From Verrucomicrobiota bacterium (GTDB taxonomy: Bacteria > Verrucomicrobiota > Verrucomicrobiia > Opitutales > Cerasicoccaceae): 64,000 bases of DNA. Below the pieces are notes generated by a model, which worked only from the letters and a program-made list of their open reading frames with translations, did no database searches and had not been told where the DNA came from. Position numbers and translations under genes: made by a program. The stretch spans positions 64,001 through 128,000 of the forward strand of contig JBCBUK010000005.1 of NCBI GenBank assembly GCA_039818205.1, given 5' to 3'. Positions 10,060 through 18,219 of the stretch are shown in pieces; positions within the stretch are counted from its first letter, which is position 1; each line of letters opens with the position of its first letter.

Positions 10060-10839
10060 ATGTCGCGCTACCACTATATCCTAAAAATTGCCGTGCTCGC
10101 CTTCGCATTCACGAGCGTAAGCCCCTCTCTCTGGGCTACTTACCGAACCATAACCAACCAGGACGGAGTTTCGATCCAGGTTGAATTGATTGAATTGAAA
10201 GAGGTTGAAGGCAGTGACTATATCGTGTTCAAGCGCCGAAATATCGCCCAGCCCTACCAGATCTCGCTCGAAACACTGAGCGAAGATGACCAGAAATTTC
10301 TCCGAAATTGGTGGGAAGAAAAGCAACGACTCAAGGAGCTCCTATCCGCCGACATCGATCTAGAGATCGAGGTGAAGAATAACCGCAAGCGAAGCACGAG
10401 CCACAACGACTCCTATAGCCAGGATCGGGACTATTTCTACCGCCCAACAGTAACCATCACCAACGACGATTTCTACCGAACCTTCAAAGACAACACCGTT
10501 CGGATTGTTTACTTTGCCGAGCACACTCGCTATCGCGGTACCTTAGAAGTGGTTTCAGTCACCGAAAAGGATATCGATTTCCCCAAAAATTCTTCGGTAG
10601 TGGTCGAGGGCAATCGCTACTCCTTCAGCAACTACGAATCGGACTACAGCAACTACGAATATGGCTGGGAAGAAGCAGGATACATTATCATTATCAAGAA
10701 TTCGCAGAACGAAATCACCCACATCAAAAGCAGTATGCCCGCCTACGAACGCCGGTTGGATGTCGTCCTGAACTGCGATAAAGGCGAATACTACACCGCC
10801 GACCTATCGGAAGAACGCGAATCCTATTACCGGCGCTAG
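10060..10839 (+). CDS. Secreted hypothetical protein with an SHD1-like N-terminal motif
   Basis: Signal peptide; RTITNQDG..I.VEL...ISLETLSEDDQKFL resembles the SLA1-homology-domain motif common in PVC bacteria. Confidence 0.6.
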   Translation: MSRYHYILKIAVLAFAFTSVSPSLWATYRTITNQDGVSIQVELIELKEVEGSDYIVFKRRNIAQPYQISLETLSEDDQKFLRNWWEEKQRLKELLSADIDLEIEVKNNRKRSTSHNDSYSQDRDYFYRPTVTITNDDFYRTFKDNTVRIVYFAEHTRYRGTLEVVSVTEKDIDFPKNSSVVVEGNRYSFSNYESDYSNYEYGWEEAGYIIIIKNSQNEITHIKSSMPAYERRLDVVLNCDKGEYYTADLSEERESYYRR

Positions 10840-10951
10840 CCAAAGGCAGCGGCCAATTCTCAAAGCGGACATGGGAATCCGCCATTCTTTCGTGCAAAAT
10901 ACCTTGTCAACTCCCCAAACGGTTGTCAATTTACCGAGTTTTTTCCGGCAT

Positions 10952-11026
10952 GCTCCTGTAGTTCAATGGATAGAACAACGGTTTCCGGTACCGTCGATCT
11001 GGGTTCGACTCCCGGCGGGAGTACCA
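10952..11026 (+). tRNA. tRNA-Arg(CCG)
   Basis: Full cloverleaf: GCTCCTG/CGGGAGT acceptor, GTTC/GAAC D-stem, ACGGT-TTCCGGT-ACCGT anticodon arm, GGTTCGACTCC T-arm, encoded CCA. Confidence 0.97.
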
Positions 11027-11143
11027 CTCTAAAAACGAGTGGACGCTAGTATTAATCAGGGTTTCGCGTAAAAACGGCGAAACCGGCTATTAGTGCACAA
11101 AAATACTCGTAAACCTGAATAATCGGTATAAAACGAGGTATAA

Positions 11144-11815
11144 GTGAACGAAGCGAAGGTATATCCGGTAAAACACGAACGCTATTCTTTCATGGTGAAG
11201 TTCTCGCGGAAGGGCTTCAAACCCTACCGCCGATACTTCCGCGATCGAGATTCTGCCGATCAAGACGCTGCCGCATTCAACCAAAAGCTTTTTCGCGAAG
11301 GATCCGAAGGCGTTCACATTGGGCCGCGAGAACGTCGCGAATTGCAGAACCTTCTAGCCGTCATAAAAGATCGCGGTATGACCATTGGTCAAGCAACTGA
11401 GTTCTTCGAGAAGAATAGCCGCCCACGCAGTTCACTAACTTGGAAGGACGCTGTATTCTCTTTGATCGAAGCGAGAGAACGCCAAGGAGCAAGCGCCCGA
11501 ACCATTCAGAATCTCAGCAGCAGGTTGAACAACTTCGCTGACTATTCTGGCGTGAAGCTGGTGGACGAAGCCACTTCCAAGGACCTCCAAGAATACATCT
11601 ACCGCCCACTGTCAGTTCGCAATCAAATCAACGATTATTCCGCGTTTTCCAATCTCTTCAACTTCCTGCAGAAGCGTGGCCAGATCGAACAAAGTCCCCT
11701 CGCCCTGGTTGAGCGACCAAGAGACACTTCCAAAAAACGCCCAGCGATCCTCAAGCCTGATGAAGCCGCCCTAGCCGCACCGCCGCCCGACCGCCTTTCC
11801 TTGTTTAATAGGTAA
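11144..11815 (+). pseudogene. Tyrosine integrase N-terminal fragment (arm-binding and core-binding/SAM-like domains); catalytic domain missing
   Basis: Sits directly after the tRNA. Reads SARTIQN..SRLNNF...LSVRNQINDYSAFSNLFNFLQKRGQIEQSPLALVERP...RPAILKPDE, then ends where the catalytic domain normally starts. Confidence 0.8.
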
Positions 11816-11833
11816 CATAACTGACAGAGGCAA

Positions 11834-12082
11834 ATGAACACACCAAGAATGAACGATCTGGCCGCGATCAGATACGTCCGCGAAGTCCTCGGGAAGATGG
11901 GCATCGCACTCAAGTTTCCGCTCGTTAAATCGGGCTATGAATACCGCGTGGGGGTCGCCGTGGATGCGGTCACCTACGACGTCAAAGGTAAGTCTACCCG
12001 CAACTGGGAAGAGGCCTTCGCGAAGGCTGGTTTTAGAAGCATCCCAAACAAAGTCTATCACCCTCGATACCAAAAATCATGA
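11834..12082 (+). CDS. Hypothetical phage/island protein
   Basis: GAGG upstream of the ATG; ATGA overlap with the HNH gene. Confidence 0.5.
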   Translation: MNTPRMNDLAAIRYVREVLGKMGIALKFPLVKSGYEYRVGVAVDAVTYDVKGKSTRNWEEAFAKAGFRSIPNKVYHPRYQKS

Positions 12083-12474
12083 AGATGACGCAATCACCAC
12101 CAAGAAGACTTTTTTTGGCAAAGTCCGGCGTTTATACAGAGGGCGATGTGAGTTGGATCGTCCTTGTCGATCGCTTCAAAGATGCGCATCATTATCTCTT
12201 CGATACCGAAGACCTTAAGACTTTCGAACGACATCGCTGGGAATGGATTGGCTACGCAATCCAGTCGAAAGGGCGGGGCAGCTCTTCTTTTCATCGACGC
12301 ATCATGGGCGTGAAATCTCAGCTCCAATACGTCGAACACATCAACGGAGATCTACTGGACAATCGGAAGGCAAACTTGAAGGTCCTAAAGCGCTCCGGTG
12401 GTCGACCCGTTCGCGGGAAATTGTTCAACGACGAAGGTATAGTGATTTGTTTATTCCTCGTGGAAAGCCACTAA
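12079..12474 (+). CDS. Phage-type HNH endonuclease (HNH_3-like), C-terminus possibly replaced at the cassette junction
   Basis: FHRRIMG...VEHINGDLLDNRKANL motif. Confidence 0.75.
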   Translation: MKMTQSPPRRLFLAKSGVYTEGDVSWIVLVDRFKDAHHYLFDTEDLKTFERHRWEWIGYAIQSKGRGSSSFHRRIMGVKSQLQYVEHINGDLLDNRKANLKVLKRSGGRPVRGKLFNDEGIVICLFLVESH

Positions 12475-12669
12475 TAAAGCATCAAGAAAACGATGATGGC
12501 TGGAGATTGAAACTTTTGATTCGGGTTGTTCCTGGTTTGAGTAGCATTATTGAGATGGAGGGGCGGACACTGGATTTTAGAAAAGAAATTGAAAAGGAAG
12601 AAAGAATTGAAATTCATAATAGGGTGAAGGAGAATTATAGGCCTCCTCGAATAATGACTCAAAAAGAAA

Positions 12670-12730
12670 TGTGAACCAGTCACTGGTGGCAACTTCGCTA
12701 CGCTTCGTCGCCACAGCTTTACGATTCGCC
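12670..12730 (+). other. attC site 1 (degenerate R')
   Basis: TGTGAAC-CAGTCACTGGTGGC...GCCACAGCTTTAC-GATTCGCC. R' is GTTCGCC with one extra A. Confidence 0.75.
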
Positions 12731-12736
12731 AAGAAA

Positions 12737-13294
12737 ATGAAAAGAACCATAGCAATAATACTGGCGATTCTCACAACATTCAGCCTGCAAGCCATGACCG
12801 AAGAAGAATACGAAAAGTTTGCCGACGAGTCTTGCGGTTATCTCAGGGCAAAAATTGAATGGACTAAAAGGGAATATCTCCTTGGGGAATACGAGCGGTA
12901 TGATTGGGATCAGGACCGCGGAGAACTTATATTCTCAGATGGCGGAGTTCCTAAAGTGATAGCAAAGATTCAGTTTGTGGGATCCTACTCTGAGAAGTCG
13001 GGAACTTGGTTGTGGTCTTGGGATAACTCCTCAGTTCTAGATCACATAAAGCAAGACATACTCGAAGTGAAAGAATACGGAGAGAAGCATGATATCACCA
13101 AGTTGAGCGATCCGTATTGGAAGGCCGATGAAATCGACGCTTGGGAGATGACCGCGATTGCTGCGAATATACTCCAAGCAAAAGGAGCGTATCGATCGCC
13201 TGATAGCGACAAGCCCGGTTTTACATTCATGATTTTCACAAACATCAAATGGGCGAACAAGGCGGTGGATACAACGCCTACAGCTGCGCCGTAG
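12737..13294 (+). CDS. Cassette gene: DUF6882-like protein with a signal peptide
   Basis: YDWDQDRGELIF...IQFVGSYSEKSGTWLWSWDN...AKGAYR motif (family recalled from memory). ATG lies 6 nt after attC1; the stop lies inside attC2. Confidence 0.75.
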   Translation: MKRTIAIILAILTTFSLQAMTEEEYEKFADESCGYLRAKIEWTKREYLLGEYERYDWDQDRGELIFSDGGVPKVIAKIQFVGSYSEKSGTWLWSWDNSSVLDHIKQDILEVKEYGEKHDITKLSDPYWKADEIDAWEMTAIAANILQAKGAYRSPDSDKPGFTFMIFTNIKWANKAVDTTPTAAP

Positions 13295-13318
13295 GCGTGT
13301 ATCGCTTTAACGTTAGCC
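13252..13318 (+). other. attC site 2
   Basis: GGCGAAC-AAGGCGGTGGATACA-ACGCCTAC...GTAGGCGT-GTATCGCTTTAAC-GTTAGCC. Confidence 0.9.
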
Positions 13319-13331
13319 CAGAAAATTGAGC

Positions 13332-14303
13332 ATGGACGCACTCGATCGCAAAAAGGTCTCAGTCGTGACGAAGTATGCGATCGAGTCGTTTACTGAGGGC
13401 GACTGGTATACCCTCGGCCAAATTACAGGAAAACTCGATGCAGTCACAGATCATCCTCGCTTGTTTAGATCGCTAAGTTTTGGTGACGACGATTACGACT
13501 ACTGCGTTGCGCAGGTTTTAGACACGATTTTCAGTGAAGACCCAAACATGATCGGGGATGTCATTGATCACTTCGACATCGATCTTTGGTATCAACAAAA
13601 AGACCCCGAAAAATATCAGAAGGTATTCGCTGCGACCAAGGTGGCATCCGCTGATTTTTGGGTCGACGGTCAACTCAGAGTCTTCATCAGCCACCTTTCC
13701 TCGAATAAGGAGCGTATGTCGACAATGAAGGCAGAGCTTTCCCATTGGGGGGTCTCAGCATTTATCGCACACGAGGATATTGAGCCATCTCGCGAGTGGC
13801 TGAATGAGGTTGAGGCAGGACTTGAGACGATGGACGTCTTGGTGGCTGTAGTTGAACCTGGTTTTAAGGAGTCGGACTGGTGCGCTCAAGAGGTTGGATT
13901 CGCGTTGGGTCGCCACATAGACGTCATTCCTCTTCGAGCGGGTCTAGATCCATTCGGATTCTTCGGGAAGATTCAGGGAGTTCAGATCAAGGGCAAGATT
14001 CCGACCGAGGTTGCATCCGAGATTGTCAGGCTGCTCCTGAAGAAGCCTAAACATCGTGACAAGTTGCTTCGAGCGATGGGGAAGGCTTTTCGTGCACTTC
14101 AATCCGAACAGAAGACGCGAGCGTTTAAGCTGTTGGATTCATGGACGGTAGCAACTGATTCCCAGATCAGAGCTCTGCTGGAGAATAGCTCGCTTTCAGA
14201 TTTTGAGCGAAATAGACTCAAGTCTTTGATTTCACGGGTAGAGGCGTTCAAGCCTCACGAGGCAGAGCAGGTGCCAACTGACGATGATGAGATTCCGTTC
14301 TAA
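13332..14303 (+). CDS. Cassette gene: TIR-domain protein with an Abi-like N-terminal domain (putative anti-phage)
   Basis: RVFISHLS...AFIAHEDIEPSREW...SDWCAQEVGFALG is a TIR_2-type domain with the catalytic Glu; N-terminal HPRLFRSLSFGDDDY motif. Confidence 0.85.
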   Translation: MDALDRKKVSVVTKYAIESFTEGDWYTLGQITGKLDAVTDHPRLFRSLSFGDDDYDYCVAQVLDTIFSEDPNMIGDVIDHFDIDLWYQQKDPEKYQKVFAATKVASADFWVDGQLRVFISHLSSNKERMSTMKAELSHWGVSAFIAHEDIEPSREWLNEVEAGLETMDVLVAVVEPGFKESDWCAQEVGFALGRHIDVIPLRAGLDPFGFFGKIQGVQIKGKIPTEVASEIVRLLLKKPKHRDKLLRAMGKAFRALQSEQKTRAFKLLDSWTVATDSQIRALLENSSLSDFERNRLKSLISRVEAFKPHEAEQVPTDDDEIPF

Positions 14304-14312
14304 ACCAAATGA

Positions 14313-14440
14313 GGCTAACAAGCCGCGACATGACAACCACTACCAGCCGCCCTGTTTCGATGATTTCCCCTGACTACAACCCTAACCCCGTGATCGACGC
14401 TCGCCGCCGCTGTTAGTGGTGCATGCGCTCATCGTTGGGC
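14313..14440 (+). other. attC site 3 (long, 128 bp)
   Basis: GGCTAAC-AAGCCGCGACATGACAACCACTA...TAGTGGTGCATGCGCTCATC-GTTGGGC. Confidence 0.85.
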
Positions 14441-14447
14441 ATGAATA

Positions 14448-14858
14448 ATGGAACTAAACTTTAAGCTGCACTGGTTCAGATTTAAGCGTCCTATAACAAT
14501 CGAGTGTTCGGACGGCTCGAACTACACCTGCAAGTTCCAATACACACCACACAAAGCATTCTGGATATTTCGAGGTGAAGAAGAAATCGTAAGCGGGATT
14601 TCACAATACAGCGACGTCTGGCAGGTTCGTGACTCGAAAGAAGATAAAATACTATTCGTTACCAGCAACGACTGGGGGAAGTTTTCTATCAAAATTGGCG
14701 ACAAACAGATTCCGGAGAAAGAATTTCATCAGGAGTTTGGATGGGAATCTTACTCACGAACAGGACTCGCGTCATGGGGCCTTTCTTTTCCAGCAAAAGA
14801 AAAATATTTGGAAGAGCTAGCCTATGGATACTTGAAAGTTTATTGGCGCAGTGACTAA
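14448..14858 (+). CDS. Cassette gene: hypothetical protein
   Basis: 136-aa ORF filling the space between attC3 and attC4. Confidence 0.7.
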   Translation: MELNFKLHWFRFKRPITIECSDGSNYTCKFQYTPHKAFWIFRGEEEIVSGISQYSDVWQVRDSKEDKILFVTSNDWGKFSIKIGDKQIPEKEFHQEFGWESYSRTGLASWGLSFPAKEKYLEELAYGYLKVYWRSD

Positions 14859-14872
14859 TGTTCGACAACTAA

Positions 14873-14947
14873 GCCCAACGAGGCGAGAGTGGGCAACTCC
14901 GTTACGTGCTCCGCAGCTTCACTGCGTGCCACCTCTTAACGTTCTCC
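14873..14947 (+). other. attC site 4
   Basis: GCCCAAC-GAGGCGAGAGTGGGCA...TGCCACCTCTTAAC-GTTCTCC. Confidence 0.85.
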
Positions 14948-14954
14948 AAATAAT

Positions 14955-15482
14955 ATGAAAAGATCAATCAGGCATATTATCTTCGACTGGGGTGACACCT
15001 TGATGCATGACGACTCAACAAAGGAATCACCCATGTATCAGTGGGAAATCGTCAGAGAAGTGGAATGCGCAAGAAATGTGCTAAACGAACTGAGCAGACT
15101 CTATGAATTATCTGTTGCTACAAATGCAGAGCAGTCGAACGAACAAATGGTTTTGAAGGCACTAAACAGAGTTGAGATGGATAAGCACATTCAACGAGTG
15201 TTCACCAGTAGGGCGGTCGGAAAGAAAAAGAATGAAAGAGAATTCTGGATTTCTGTTTCGAATCAGTTGGAAGCAAAGGCAGAGGAAATTTTAGTTGTCG
15301 GAGATAGTTTCCAGAGTGACGTCATGACACCAACATCAGCAGGAATGCAAGCCCTCTGGTATAACTCACGCTCTGGTGAAAAGAAAGAAGGAATGAGATA
15401 TCGGACTATTCACAATCTATCAGAGATAACCAACGAAGCAGAACAAATCAGCGCAGGCAACGCAGACAAGCTGCGCGCCTAG
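14955..15482 (+). CDS. Cassette gene: HAD-superfamily hydrolase
   Basis: IIFDWGDTL motif I, VATNA motif II, VVGDSFQSDV motif IV. Confidence 0.9.
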   Translation: MKRSIRHIIFDWGDTLMHDDSTKESPMYQWEIVREVECARNVLNELSRLYELSVATNAEQSNEQMVLKALNRVEMDKHIQRVFTSRAVGKKKNEREFWISVSNQLEAKAEEILVVGDSFQSDVMTPTSAGMQALWYNSRSGEKKEGMRYRTIHNLSEITNEAEQISAGNADKLRA

Positions 15483-15496
15483 CTTCCACGTTCAAA
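15438..15496 (+). other. attC site 5 (59 bp)
   Basis: GCAGAAC-AAATCAGCGCAGGC-AACGCAGACAAGCTGCGC-GCCTAGCT-TCCAC-GTTCAAA. Confidence 0.8.
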
Positions 15497-15558
15497 GCGA
15501 TTCGAAGTATATATTTAGGTATAAATCCTGGAAACCCTATAAAATATAAGCCTTTGGA

Positions 15559-15760
15559 GGTTTCCAGTACCGTCGATCTGGGTTCGACTCCCGGCGGGAG
15601 TACCACTCTAAAAACGAGTGGACGCTAGTGCTAATCAGGGTTTCACGTGAAAACGGTGAAATATGCTGTTAGTGCAAAAAATTACCCATAGACCTGAAAA
15701 ATCAAAGGTATACCCCGTAACGAACGAGCGCAATTCGTTCATGGTGAAGCTCTCTAGCAA
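15559..15760 (+). repeat. attR: direct copy of the tRNA-Arg 3' half, downstream leader and a diverged integrase 5' remnant
   Basis: GGTTTCCAGTACCGTCGATCTGGGTTCGACTCCCGGCGGGAGTACCACTCTAAAAACGAGTGGACGC matches 10979 onward with one mismatch in the anticodon. The remnant encodes KVYPVTNERNSFMVKLS versus KVYPVKHERYSFMVKFS. Confidence 0.93.
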
Positions 15761-15772
15761 AGACGCTCATCG

Positions 15773-16573
15773 GTGGGAGGTCCGAGCGGTTTCCCATTGG
15801 CAGGGGTCTTGATTCAAGGCGGCGAATATGAGAATGCTACCTTCAATATCGCGATATTGAACCGTACAAATAGTAACCGTGTAGAGTTTGTGAAGAAAAC
15901 CGTTATCGAGAATGCAAGCATTACGCAATTCGCGAACACGGGTGTCCAACTCGACTGCGCCAATGATGATTTTAACTACGTTACGGATATGAATGGCCAT
16001 ATCGTTAGAAACTGCACCATTACCGGTCCTGGCCAATTTGCCGTGGGTACTACACTGACTAAAAACCTGGTTTACAACAGCAACACGTTGACCTGTAAGG
16101 ACGACCCGATCCACATCGAGTACCGATCATCGAATTGTAACAGCAAGAAGAATCGCTTGACGACGACTGAGCGCGATAGTCAGGGGCGGGCCAAATTTAG
16201 TTGTATTACGTTGATAACGGGAGATACATTCGTTGGGTCAAACGGCGGGATAAGGCTAAAAGAAAAAATTAGGCACGAAAATCGCGTTAGGAATTCATTC
16301 CATGTCGACAATGTGCTTCTGGGAAAGTCGTTCTTCGGTATTTGGGGGTCTGAGTCTTCGAATATTCGCGTCCAGAGAAATGATTTTCGTGGCAATCAGG
16401 CTCGCAATGAGAAGATCTTCCTCAGTACCGGTGACAAGAATCGCCAGTCTTTCGGTGGCAGCAGATTCAGCCAAGGCACCAGGGACTGGTTGGTCGAAGG
16501 TAATATTGGCGTGCGCAAGCGCGATATGTTCTTTGCGACCAATAGAGGTCATACCATCAACCAACCAAACTAA
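15773..16573 (+). pseudogene. 5'-truncated right-handed beta-helix (pectate-lyase-like) protein fragment
   Basis: Asn/Ile-rich parallel beta-helix-like repeats (HIVRNCTITG, DDPIHIE, NIRVQRNDF, LVEGNIG). No clear start; abuts the integrase remnant. Confidence 0.45.
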
Positions 16574-16666
16574 GCGTATTTACGAAGTCTCTTAGTTGAT
16601 TTGTGCAATAGTCCTTCGCGCCAAGCCTTAGGGAAGGCGCGAAGGGCCTGCCAAGAAAGGACGACA

Positions 16667-17962
16667 ATGAAAGTAAAGAGCCATGTATTGGTCGCAAATA
16701 TTTGCCTGTTGGTAGCTATATTTTTTCTATTCGAGCGGCTAAGTGAAGACACTTCACGAAGCTTGAATCCCGGGACGCAATCGCAACCTAAATTGACAAA
16801 CAACGATGAAACGCCGGCGGACCGTCCGGTGACAGAACTAAGTGCCGTAGACCAAATCCGCGCGCGCCTAGTCGCTGCTCAGTCGTTGGAAGAATTTTTA
16901 AAGATCCTTGAGGAGAGTCTACATGACGATGAGTTTAACACGATTCAGGCACTTGCCGGATTGAGAAGCCAATACCTAGAAGATAGTTACCCCGTTACCA
17001 CCTTATTTCGGGATTACTTCTCTGAACGATATACGGCACTTGAAGCTATTGGTCGGCTATCAGCACTGGAGGAGCCCTGGTATAATATTTACAAAATGAC
17101 CGCGATTGACCTCTTAGCTTGGCATGCTAACCGTGATGATCCCGTAGCCTTACTGGATTACTTGAATGACCCTGCGCACTACGATATTTCCAGTGTTGTT
17201 CCCGGTTCGTTGGCAGTCCATATTGCCCGGCAAGATCTTCAGAAGGCAGTTGAGCTGATCGATTTCATTCAAGACCCCGATATGCAGGCCGGTTTCCGCG
17301 AGGAGGTCTTCAACGAGTGGGTCGCTGTAGATCCTGGTGCCGTCACGGACTACCTTAACACGATCGAACGTGGCCCCGAACATGACGTTGCCATTCAATC
17401 GCTTGCCGATATCCTGGATCATCGCTACCACGATGTCGCCATGTCATGGGCTGATGCGATCACTGATCCTGAACTCCGTCAGGAAACTTATCAAAAAACG
17501 GCTCAGGCTTGGTATTTGATTCCTGATTCAGAAAATCGGGAGCAGTACGAAGCCTGGAAATCAACGGTTAGCGATCCGGAGTTGTTGAATCAACTGGCAC
17601 AACAGGAAGCCGACCACAACGCTCGACGCGAGATTAAGTTCACATTCTCGGAATCGGTTGACCGGATAAGAGATGAGGCTCTATTGGTCGGTGCGGGTAG
17701 TGGATCTCAGGAGACCCTTGATGTGGAATTGAATGAGTTTGCTTCCTTTTCCTCGGATATCATTGAGCAGGCGAACCAGAATCCGGAGGATTTTCTGCTC
17801 AACCAAGAGGCGTATATCATGCGCAAACGAATTGCCGAAGACTTTTCGTACCTTGGTGAACTGCATCCGACTTTCAAAGAGATAATCGTTGAGTTTCATG
17901 CCGAGCAACAACGTCAGATCGAGCAAGAAAGCCCGGAGCTTTTCGCTGATGATGCGCATTAA
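16667..17962 (+). CDS. Hypothetical membrane-anchored protein with helical W..xDP repeats
   Basis: N-terminal TM; repeats such as EWVAVDPGAVTDYL and SWADAITDPELR; AGGA upstream. Confidence 0.7.
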   Translation: MKVKSHVLVANICLLVAIFFLFERLSEDTSRSLNPGTQSQPKLTNNDETPADRPVTELSAVDQIRARLVAAQSLEEFLKILEESLHDDEFNTIQALAGLRSQYLEDSYPVTTLFRDYFSERYTALEAIGRLSALEEPWYNIYKMTAIDLLAWHANRDDPVALLDYLNDPAHYDISSVVPGSLAVHIARQDLQKAVELIDFIQDPDMQAGFREEVFNEWVAVDPGAVTDYLNTIERGPEHDVAIQSLADILDHRYHDVAMSWADAITDPELRQETYQKTAQAWYLIPDSENREQYEAWKSTVSDPELLNQLAQQEADHNARREIKFTFSESVDRIRDEALLVGAGSGSQETLDVELNEFASFSSDIIEQANQNPEDFLLNQEAYIMRKRIAEDFSYLGELHPTFKEIIVEFHAEQQRQIEQESPELFADDAH

Positions 17963-18138
17963 TCCGTACGGTCAACGACAACTGATAGCTAGACGCCCGA
18001 TCGCAGGATCGGGTCACCTGTTTTCACTTCATGTTCCGTGCGTGCGACTTGCAAAATAGGGTTGCTGACTCAAGATGCAGCCGGATGCAGCAAAATAACT
18101 TTAATCCGGCAAATTTTTGGCAAATATAACAGACACTA

Positions 18139-18179
18139 CAGGTAAGAGGTCGTCGGTTCGATCCATTTTGGCTCCACCA
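18139..18179 (+). repeat. Degenerate tRNA-Ala-like 3' fragment (att remnant)
   Basis: CAGGTAAGAGGTCGTCGGTTCGATCCATTTTGGCTCCACCA resembles the tRNA-Ala 3' half. Its first 19 nt recur (17/19) at 29670. Confidence 0.7.
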
Positions 18180-18219
18180 TTTTCAGGTTTGTTGAACCGT
18201 TGTTCAATGAAGCCCAAGA

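Larger units (their letters stand above)
12423..15496 (+). mobile_element. Integron gene-cassette array without an integron integrase in the window (CALIN-like): 5 attC sites, 4 complete cassettes and 1 truncated cassette
   Basis: Co-oriented single ORFs, each followed by an AAC...GTT imperfect palindrome. The R' of each site is complementary to the R'' of the next. The left boundary is approximate. Confidence 0.88.
10979..15606 (+). mobile_element. Decayed tRNA-Arg-integrated island (attL in the tRNA, attR at 15559-15606)
   Basis: Direct repeat of the tRNA 3' half from the anticodon arm onward; truncated integrase next to the tRNA; phage-like HNH gene; cassette cargo. Confidence 0.85.

Noticed and set aside
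11144..11815. Integron integrase IntI for the cassette array
   Set aside because: It has a phage/island-type N-terminal arm domain, no catalytic domain or IntI-specific insertion, and the same orientation as the cassettes.
12243..12674. 143-aa ORF as a real gene
   Set aside because: Its first half is an alternative frame of the HNH gene. Only the A/T-rich 3' part looks like a truncated cassette gene.
13332..14303. Complete Thoeris, CBASS or Pycsar system
   Set aside because: No ThsA, cyclase or other partner gene nearby.
12670..15496. CRISPR array or plain terminators as the explanation for the intergenic palindromes
   Set aside because: The repeats are not identical, are separated by whole genes and lack U-tracts. 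No cas genes or CRISPR array were seen in the window.
15559..15606. Second tRNA-Arg gene
   Set aside because: Only the 3' half is present, with no D-arm or 5' acceptor strand. It is an att repeat.
18139..18179. Functional tRNA-Ala
   Set aside because: No 5' half and a disrupted T-stem; kept only as an att-like remnant.
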